DNA from: Clostridia bacterium
GTDB lineage: Bacteria > Bacillota > Clostridia > Oscillospirales > CAG-272
NCBI GenBank assembly: GCA_017518025.1
Contig: JAFWWR010000110.1
Location: 1-30,132 of the forward strand
Direction of reading: 5' to 3'
DNA length: 30,132 nt
Positions 16,158 through 22,532 of the stretch are shown here, piece by piece; the first letter of the stretch is position 1; the number at the start of each line of letters is the position of its first letter. The position numbers and the translations under genes are program-made. Below the pieces are notes generated by a model. It worked only from the letters and a program-made list of their open reading frames with translations, was not told the DNA's origin and ran no database searches.

Positions 16158-17231
16158 ATGATCTCGCTTATCTCACCGAAAGACGGCGCTTCCGTCTCCG
16201 TTATGACGGCGGCGCAAAAGGAATTCGTCCGCCGTCACAGGGCCGGGGAGCTGCACGACGGCGACGACCCGTTCCGGATCATCGCGGACGGAGACGTCAC
16301 CGACGCGTCCGCCCCCGCGACGGCGGTATTCAGCTGGTCCTGCGACGACAAGACGGCGCTTATGACCCTTGAGATCTCCGACAGAGAGGACTTTTCGGTC
16401 CTTTCCGGGCTCTGCGTCAGCCCTGTCCGTCAGTCCGCGGAGGATGGCGTGTATTTCGCCGGGGTGACGAACTTCCTCCTCGGTCAAAAATACTACTGGC
16501 GCGTGAGAGCGGGCGGCGAGACGTCCGCCACGCGTACATTCACCACCCCCTGGGACGATATCCGCGTCATGGACGTGGATTTCGTGCCGAATTTCCGCGA
16601 TCTCGGGGGACGAATGACCGCCTCCGGCAGGCGCGTGAAGCAGGGTCTCCTTTACCGGGGCACCTTCATCGACTGGCGCGGCGAGCGGTGCGGTCTCACC
16701 TGGAGAGGGAAGAACACCTTTGCCCGGGAGCTTGGGATAAAGACCGAGATCGACCTCCGTATCGAGGCCCTCGGCAGGCATACGACCAGTCCCGCCGGGG
16801 ACGGGATAAGATACGAATTCATCCCCATGGAAAATCCCTTCGGAGGCACGTTCAACGAGCGCGGCATGGGCGAGCTGAGAAAAATATTCGACGTTCTGTT
16901 CGACCCGTCGGCGTACCCGGTCTATTTCCACTGCCACTCCGGCGCGGACCGGACCGGATTTCTCGGGATCGTTCTGGACGGCGTCCTCGGGATCCCGGAC
17001 GACGACATCCGACTGAACTACAACTTCACGTCGCTGTACGAGCACCGGAACTGGGACGAGTGCGACGACGCGAAGGGATATTTCGGCTACCTTGACGAGA
17101 TATGTCCCGGCCGCACCATGTCGGAACAGGTCATGTTCCATCTGACTGAGTACGGAATCGACCGGGAAAAACTCGAAAAAATGAGAGAATTTTTGCTTGA
17201 AGATCGACAGAGAACGTACAGCCGGAGGTGA
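16158..17231 (+). CDS. FN3-like + tyrosine-protein phosphatase, paralog 5 (closest to paralog 4)
   Basis: 357 aa from ATG 16158 (SD GAGAGG). MISLISPKDGASVSVMT, NFRDLGGRMTASG, GIKTEIDLR, HCHSGADRTG. Confidence 0.88.
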   Translation: MISLISPKDGASVSVMTAAQKEFVRRHRAGELHDGDDPFRIIADGDVTDASAPATAVFSWSCDDKTALMTLEISDREDFSVLSGLCVSPVRQSAEDGVYFAGVTNFLLGQKYYWRVRAGGETSATRTFTTPWDDIRVMDVDFVPNFRDLGGRMTASGRRVKQGLLYRGTFIDWRGERCGLTWRGKNTFARELGIKTEIDLRIEALGRHTTSPAGDGIRYEFIPMENPFGGTFNERGMGELRKIFDVLFDPSAYPVYFHCHSGADRTGFLGIVLDGVLGIPDDDIRLNYNFTSLYEHRNWDECDDAKGYFGYLDEICPGRTMSEQVMFHLTEYGIDREKLEKMREFLLEDRQRTYSRR

Positions 17232-18438
17232 TCCTACGGAAGAGAAAAAACTGTTCCGCACGGCGGACCGCCGGGAGTGGCGGAGGTGGCTTTCCGACCA
17301 TTTCGAGACGGAAAACGAGATATGGTTCATCTTCCCCACGAAGGACTCCGGCGAGCCCTCGATATCGTATAACGACGCGGTGGAGGAGGCGCTCTGCTTC
17401 GGCTGGATCGACGGACGTGCCGGTACGCTCGACGGCGCCCGCCACATCCGCCGTTTTACGCCGAGACGAAAGGGAAGCGGCTATTCCCGCCCGAATATCG
17501 AGCGGCTGATCCGCATGGACGGCCTCGGGATGATCCACCCGAGGGTGAGAGATTCCGTGGCGGACCTCATCGGGACGCCGTTCGTTTTCCCGGAGGATAT
17601 TCTGGAAGCGATCCGCGGAGACGTGACCGCGTGGGAGAATTTTCTCTCATTTCCGGAGCCGTACCGCAGGATCCGCGTCGCCTACGTGGATGCGGCGAGG
17701 AAAAGACCCGCGGAATTTGAAAAACGGCTCGGGAACCTGATAAAAAAATCGAGAGAGAACAAAATGATCGCCGGTTACGGCGGGATCGACGTCTATTACC
17801 CCGACTGCGGGGAAACGGCGTCCGCGATCCTTGTTACGGCGTTCGAGCCCTTCGGCGGTGAGATGATCAACCCGACGGAAACGGTCCTCCGGCGGCTCCC
17901 CGACCGTATCGGCGCCATCGCTCTGAAAAAGGCGCTCCTTCCGGTGGAGTTCGTGAGAGCCCGGGAGATCGCCTGCGCGGAGTACGACTCCGCGAAGCCC
18001 TGCGCCGTGGTGATGCTGGGGCAGGCGGGAGGCCGCGCCGCGGTCACTCCCGAGACGACCGGGAAAAACCTGATGAACGCCCGGATCCCCGACAACGCGG
18101 GATTTACTCCTCACGGCGTTCCCGTATCGGAGGGCGGGCCGGAAACGCTTCGCTCCACCGCCGACGTCGCCGGGATCGCCGACGCGGTACGCTCGATCGG
18201 GATCCCCTGCGAGATCTCCGACGACGCGGGAGTCTACGTCTGCAACGCTCTGCTTTACGGTATGCTGGAGCACAACGGGGGCGCCGTCCCTACGGTTTTT
18301 ATACACGTTCCTTACTCGAGTGAGCAGGGACACGCCGACAAGCCGTTCATGGAACAGGACGACATTTATCGCGCTGTCGCCGCCGCCCTCGGTTCGGTGG
18401 CAATGGGGATCATCGAGTCACGCGCCGCCGCGGGCTGA
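17197..18438 (+). CDS. Fusion of a YdeI/OmdA-family domain and pyroglutamyl-peptidase I (Pcp-like); start uncertain (TTG 17197 or ACG 17236)
   Basis: N-half: REWRRWL...YNDAVEEALCFGWIDG...RFTPRRKGSGYS...PEDILEAI...YRRIRVAYV (YdeI/OmpD-associated pattern). C-half: ILVTAFEPFGGEMINP, GQAGGR, VTPE (Glu), SDDAGVYVCN (Cys), FIHVP (His). Single open frame. Confidence 0.85.
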   Translation: MKIDRERTAGGDPTEEKKLFRTADRREWRRWLSDHFETENEIWFIFPTKDSGEPSISYNDAVEEALCFGWIDGRAGTLDGARHIRRFTPRRKGSGYSRPNIERLIRMDGLGMIHPRVRDSVADLIGTPFVFPEDILEAIRGDVTAWENFLSFPEPYRRIRVAYVDAARKRPAEFEKRLGNLIKKSRENKMIAGYGGIDVYYPDCGETASAILVTAFEPFGGEMINPTETVLRRLPDRIGAIALKKALLPVEFVRAREIACAEYDSAKPCAVVMLGQAGGRAAVTPETTGKNLMNARIPDNAGFTPHGVPVSEGGPETLRSTADVAGIADAVRSIGIPCEISDDAGVYVCNALLYGMLEHNGGAVPTVFIHVPYSSEQGHADKPFMEQDDIYRAVAAALGSVAMGIIESRAAAG

Positions 18439-18517
18439 GAGAGTAGAAGCGCGCGGAGAGGGAAAAGAACAACAAATAAAAGATCCCGTCCGGGGGACGG
18501 GAGGAACGGACAAGCCG

Positions 18518-18988
18518 ATGAGGATAAGAAGAGCGGAAGCGAAAGATACGGAAAAAATACTTGACCTGCTGAGCCAGGTGCTGGAGATCCACGCGACGAT
18601 AAGGCCGGATATTTTCGTCTCCGGCACGACCAAATACGGAACGGCGGAAATCGCGGAGTTGCTCGGCAACGACGAGGCGCCGATCTACGTGGCCGTCGAC
18701 GACGGCGACGCGGTTCTCGGATACGCCATGTGCCGTGTGAGGGAGCAGCCCGCCGAGGACCGCATGGTCCGGTTCAAGTCCCTTTTCATCGACGATCTGT
18801 GCGTGGACGAGGCGGCTCGAGGAGCGGGGGTCGGGACGATGTTGTTCGAGCACGTGAAGAACGAGGCGCGGCGGCTCGGGTGCTACGAGGTGACGCTGGT
18901 GGTCTGGGACGGCAACGACTCCGCGGAGCGTTTCTACGAAAAAATGGGCATGAAAACGAAAGAGCGGATGCTCGAATATATTTTGTAA
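18518..18988 (+). CDS. GNAT family N-acetyltransferase
   Basis: 156 aa from ATG 18518. MRIRRAEAKD, LFIDDLCVDEAARGAGVGTMLF (acetyl-CoA motif A), VWDGNDSAERFYEKMGM. Confidence 0.9.
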   Translation: MRIRRAEAKDTEKILDLLSQVLEIHATIRPDIFVSGTTKYGTAEIAELLGNDEAPIYVAVDDGDAVLGYAMCRVREQPAEDRMVRFKSLFIDDLCVDEAARGAGVGTMLFEHVKNEARRLGCYEVTLVVWDGNDSAERFYEKMGMKTKERMLEYIL

Positions 18989-18994
18989 AAAAAC

Positions 18995-19029
18995 GGCGCG
19001 ACCCCGTCGGGGCCGCGCCTGCATTTTTT
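18995..19029. terminator. Bidirectional intrinsic terminator between the GNAT gene and miaA
   Basis: GGCGCG-A-CCCC-GTC-GGGG-C-CGCGCC hairpin flanked by an A7 tract and a TTTTTT tract. Confidence 0.7.
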
Positions 19030-19969
19030 ATAATCTATCCGCGATCTCCCTCGCCAGAACGTCCGGCGGAACGATACCGCCGTCCCGGTCCGGCGTAACG
19101 CGGATCGCGTCATAACGCCTGAACCACGTCATCTGCCGCTTTGCGTAGTTGCGGGTGTTTTTCTTTATCAGCTCCGCCGCCTCGTCGAGGGTCGTCTCAC
19201 CTCTCAGGTGGGCGATCATCTCCCGGTAGCCGATGGCCTGCGCCGCCGTGGAGCCGTCGGGGAGCATCCCCGCGACGAGCAGGGACTCGACCTCGTCCCT
19301 CAGTCCGCGCTCCAGCATGATATCGACTCTTTTTCCGATCCTGTCGTATAGCGTCTCCCGTGACGCAAAGTCGATCACGGCCACGTCCGCGTCGTACCGG
19401 CCTTCGCCGGTCAGCGCCTCCCGGTCCAGTTCGCTTTTGCGCCGTCCGGTGACGAGAATCACCTCCAGGGCGCGGACGACCCTTTTCACGTTGTTCGGGT
19501 GGATCGCCTCCGCCGCCTCCGGGTCCTTTTCCCGGAGCATCCCGTGGAGCTTTTCCGCCCCGTCGCGTTCCGCGATCTCCCGGAGTTTTTCGCGTAGTTT
19601 CGGATCCTCTGCCGCATCGGAGAAGGACCTGATCTTCAGCAGCGCGTCGAGATACAGCCCAGTTCCGCCGACGAGAACGGGCAGCTTTCCGCGGCCGCTG
19701 ATCTCTTCGATGACCGCCCCCGCGTCCCGGGCGTAATCCGCCGCCGAGTAGTTCACCCGCGGATCCACCACGCCGATCATGTGGTGGGGAACGCCGTCCC
19801 GCTCCTCCTCGTCCGGCGCGGCGGTGCCGATCTTCATACCCTTGTAGATCTGCATGGAATCGCAGGAGACCACCTCGCCGCCGAGGAGCTTCGCCAGGAC
19901 GACCCCCAGCGCCGTTTTCCCCGACGCAGTGGGCCCCGCCACGGCAAGGACCTTTATTTTTTCACTCAT
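19028..19969 (-). CDS. miaA: tRNA dimethylallyltransferase
   Basis: 313 aa from ATG 19969 (SD GAGAGG). GPTASGKT, VVSCDSMQIYKGMKIGTA, VPHHMI, LVGGTGLY, HPNNVKRVVRALE, AQAIGYRE, TRNYAKRQMTWFR. Confidence 0.96.
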   Translation of the reverse strand: MSEKIKVLAVAGPTASGKTALGVVLAKLLGGEVVSCDSMQIYKGMKIGTAAPDEEERDGVPHHMIGVVDPRVNYSAADYARDAGAVIEEISGRGKLPVLVGGTGLYLDALLKIRSFSDAAEDPKLREKLREIAERDGAEKLHGMLREKDPEAAEAIHPNNVKRVVRALEVILVTGRRKSELDREALTGEGRYDADVAVIDFASRETLYDRIGKRVDIMLERGLRDEVESLLVAGMLPDGSTAAQAIGYREMIAHLRGETTLDEAAELIKKNTRNYAKRQMTWFRRYDAIRVTPDRDGGIVPPDVLAREIADRL

Positions 19970-20131
19970 GTTTACCTCTCTTCGCACAAAAGGGATATGA
20001 CGGTTTGCCTTTGCCCCGTCGCCTTGCAAGATAAGAGTGAAGAGGATCGGAAGAAAATTTGCGGAGCAAATTTTCCTCATTTTCTGTTCTCTTTTCTCTT
20101 TTCTCTCTTCTCTGATGATACTTTGACGCTG

Positions 20132-21217
20132 TCAAAGTATCATCATCGCGTCTCCGAAGGAGAAGAATCTATACCTCTCCTGCACCGCCTCGCGGTACGC
20201 GGCGAGCATTCTCTCCCGCCCGGCGAAGGCCGACACCAGCATCAGAAGGGTGCTCTCCGGCAGATGGAAGTTCGTTATCAGCGCGTCGGTGGCGCGGAAC
20301 CGGTACCCCGGGTAGATGAATATCCCCGTGTCGCCGGAGTAGGGCATGATCACGCCGTTCTCGTCCGCCACGCTCTCAAGCGTGCGGCAGGACGTGGTGC
20401 CCACGGCGACGATCCGGCCTCCCGCAGCCCGGCGGCCGTTGATGAGATCCGCCGTTTCCCGGGTTACGGATATGTATTCCGAGTGCATAACGTGATCCCG
20501 GATGTGTTCCTCCTTCACCGGACGGAAAGTCCCCAGTCCCACGTGAAGCAGGACTTTCGCTATCCCCACGCCCTTGTCGCGTATCTTCTCAAGCAGCTCG
20601 TCCGTGAAGTGGAGCCCCGCCGTGGGCGCCGCCGCGGAGCCCTCCTGTCTGGCGTAGACCGTCTGATACCGCTCCGGGTCGTCCAGTTTTTCCCTTATAT
20701 ACGGCGGCAGCGGCACGGTCCCCAGCCGGTGGAGCGCCGCGTAGACGGTCTCGCCGTCCGTCGGGATGAACCTCACCACCCGGCAGCCGCCTTCGCCCAC
20801 GGACAGCACGTCCGCGGTCAGCACTCCGTCCCCGAACTCCAGCACGTCGCCGGGACGGGCGCGCTTGCCGGGACCCGCCAGCGCCTCCCATACGTCGATC
20901 TCCCTCTGCTTCAGCAGAAGGAGCTCCAACGGGGCGGAGGAGTCGTCTGTTTCTCCGTTCGCACGTTTTATACGTCTGCCTATTATCCTCGCGGGTATGA
21001 CTCTCGTCTCGTTGAGCACCAGCACGTCGGAGGGATCCAGGTGGTCGATCACCGAGGTGAACACCTCGTGGGAGACCCCGTCCCCCGCACGGTCTATCAC
21101 CATGAGCCGGGAGGAGTCCCTGGGGTAGACGGGGGTCTGAGCGATGAGCTCCTCAGGGAGCTCGTAATCGAAATCCGAGAGGACGAGATCGGTCTCGGGC
21201 AGTTTATTCTTTATCAT
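20132..21217 (-). CDS. queA: S-adenosylmethionine:tRNA ribosyltransferase-isomerase
   Basis: 361 aa from ATG 21217. [95 protein letters not shown]. Confidence 0.97.
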   Translation of the reverse strand: MIKNKLPETDLVLSDFDYELPEELIAQTPVYPRDSSRLMVIDRAGDGVSHEVFTSVIDHLDPSDVLVLNETRVIPARIIGRRIKRANGETDDSSAPLELLLLKQREIDVWEALAGPGKRARPGDVLEFGDGVLTADVLSVGEGGCRVVRFIPTDGETVYAALHRLGTVPLPPYIREKLDDPERYQTVYARQEGSAAAPTAGLHFTDELLEKIRDKGVGIAKVLLHVGLGTFRPVKEEHIRDHVMHSEYISVTRETADLINGRRAAGGRIVAVGTTSCRTLESVADENGVIMPYSGDTGIFIYPGYRFRATDALITNFHLPESTLLMLVSAFAGRERMLAAYREAVQERYRFFSFGDAMMIL

Positions 21218-21263
21218 GACGGTCTTTCCTTTCCGGGCCTGCGTGTTTTTTCTTCCGATACTA

Positions 21264-21292
21264 TTGACAACGCCGCCGGCGTGTGATAATAT
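21264..21292 (+). promoter_or_regulatory. Upstream promoter (P1) of the riboswitch-dapAB transcript
   Basis: TTGACA (21264-21269), 17 bp, TAATAT (21287-21292); alternatively an extended -10 TGnGATAAT. Confidence 0.55.
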
Positions 21293-21303
21293 GTACTCGG
21301 ACG

Positions 21304-21332
21304 TTGGCAAAGAGCCGACGATCCGATATAAT
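21304..21332 (+). promoter_or_regulatory. Second promoter-like element (P2) abutting the aptamer 5' end
   Basis: TTGGCA (21304-21309), 17 bp, TATAAT (21327-21332). Confidence 0.55.
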
Positions 21333-21507
21333 GATAGAGGAGCGTTTCCGATCAGTATCCCGCGCCGAGGTATCCGCGAGCACCGTAGAGGCGGGGGCGA
21401 AAGGCGAGAGACGCCGAAGATCTGGCCGCCGTGCGGGGCGTCAGCATCTGGTCTGTCCGACCGAAAGGCGGCGGACTGTCACCGGCGCCGTCCGGTGGAG
21501 GGCTATC
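21333..21507 (+). ncRNA. Lysine riboswitch (L-box) aptamer
   Basis: P1 is GATAG/CTATC. Conserved blocks in order: GATAGAGGAGC, AGTA, GAAAGG, CGCCGAAG, CTGG, GGACTGTCA, TGGAGGGCTATC. Lies upstream of dapA-dapB. Confidence 0.93.
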
Positions 21508-21570
21508 TGTGTATTTCCAAGCTATATTATAGTACACAGAGAGCCGGTTTTCAACCGGTTTTTACTTTTA
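21501..21570 (+). terminator. Riboswitch expression platform: antiterminator plus intrinsic terminator
   Basis: GGCTATCTGTGTA (21501-21513) pairs 12/13 with TACACAGAGAGCC (21533-21545). The competing terminator is GAGCCGGTT-TTC-AACCGGTTT followed by TTACTTTT (21541-21569). Confidence 0.75.
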
Positions 21571-21611
21571 TAAGCTGATCCGCCGTCGGCGCGGAAGATG
21601 GGAGATTTGGA

Positions 21612-22508
21612 ATGAGTACATTTAACAAGGAGATCGTATTTGAGGGGGCAGGCACGGCGCTCATCACGCCGTTCAGGAACGGCGGAGTCGATTACGAGGC
21701 CTTCGGCAAGCTCATCGACGAGCAGATCGCCGGCGGCGTAGACGCGCTGGTCATCTGCGGCACCACCGGAGAGGGTTCGACGCTCACCGACGAGGAGCAC
21801 CGGGAGTGCATCCGTTTCGGCGTCGAGCGGACCGCGGGCCGCGTCCCCGTTGTGGCGGGTACCGGCTCCAACGAGACCGACTACGCCACCGATCTGTCGA
21901 AGTATGCCTGCGAGGTGGGGGCGGACGCGCTGCTTCTCGTGACGCCGTACTACAATAAGACGTCCCCCCGTGGGCTGGTCCGTCACTTCCTGGACACCGC
22001 CGACGCGGTGAACAAGCCGATCATCCTTTACAACGTGCCGTCCAGGACCGGGATGACCATACCTCTGTCCGTGTACCGGGAACTCGCAAAGCACGAGCGC
22101 ATCGTGGCGGTGAAGGAGGCCTCCGGCAACCTCAGCGCCATCGCGGAGATCGCCGCGGAGCTGTCCGACAGTCTCAAAATATACAGCGGCAACGACGACC
22201 AGATCGTCCCGATAATGTCCCTCGGCGGCATAGGAGTCATCTCCGTTCTGTCGAACATCCTGCCCCGCGAAACTCACGAGATCTGCGCGAAGTACCTGGC
22301 AGGCGACGTGACGGGATCACGGGATCTCCAGCTGAAGCTGCTGAAGCTTATCAACCTTCTGTTCATCGAGACAAACCCCATCCCCGTCAAGGCGGCGTGC
22401 GCCCTGATGGGCAAGTGCGACGGCGAGATCCGTCTCCCGCTCTGCGAGATGGAGGAAGGGCACCTTGAGCTGCTGAAAGCGGAACTTATCCGTCAGGGGC
22501 TTATCTGA
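21612..22508 (+). CDS. dapA: 4-hydroxy-tetrahydrodipicolinate synthase
   Basis: 298 aa. TALITPF, CGTTGE, VVAGTGSN, VTPYYNK, ILYNVPSRTG, AVKEASG, YSGNDD, GVISVLSN, ETNPIPVK. Confidence 0.97.
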   Translation: MSTFNKEIVFEGAGTALITPFRNGGVDYEAFGKLIDEQIAGGVDALVICGTTGEGSTLTDEEHRECIRFGVERTAGRVPVVAGTGSNETDYATDLSKYACEVGADALLLVTPYYNKTSPRGLVRHFLDTADAVNKPIILYNVPSRTGMTIPLSVYRELAKHERIVAVKEASGNLSAIAEIAAELSDSLKIYSGNDDQIVPIMSLGGIGVISVLSNILPRETHEICAKYLAGDVTGSRDLQLKLLKLINLLFIETNPIPVKAACALMGKCDGEIRLPLCEMEEGHLELLKAELIRQGLI

Positions 22509-22532
22509 CGTAATTGAAAAGGAAGTAGAAAA

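Noticed and set aside
10945-17231. Interpretation of the phosphatase array as secreted PTP-like phytases or host-directed effectors
   Set aside because: No signal peptides or recognisable secretion genes in the window, and the P-loops (GADRT) differ from PTP-like phytase (HCxAGxGRT) and MptpB/LipA (GKDRT) signatures. Not excluded, but unsupported.
17228-17509. 93-aa ORF starting at a GTG that overlaps the paralog-5 stop (GTGA)
   Set aside because: Out of frame with the motif-bearing YdeI/Pcp reading frame, low-complexity Arg/Ser/Ala-rich translation, and no SD at a suitable distance.
18484-18502. TCCCGTCC-GGG-GGACGGGA hairpin upstream of the GNAT gene as a terminator or riboswitch
   Set aside because: No U-tract on the coding strand and no recognisable aptamer motif. 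It may affect ribosome access, but there is no further support.
19975-20030. GGCAAAGGCAAACC within a GACGG/CCGTC hairpin upstream of miaA, superficially like a c-di-GMP-I riboswitch start
   Set aside because: Lacks the GNRA-capped P1 stem followed by GACGCAAAGC and a P2 stem, and the space is too short. An Infernal search would settle it.
21218-21300. Possible preQ1 riboswitch upstream of queA
   Set aside because: No AGAGGTTCTAG-like or CCC...AAAAAACTA pattern is seen, and the region is taken up by the divergent dapA promoters.
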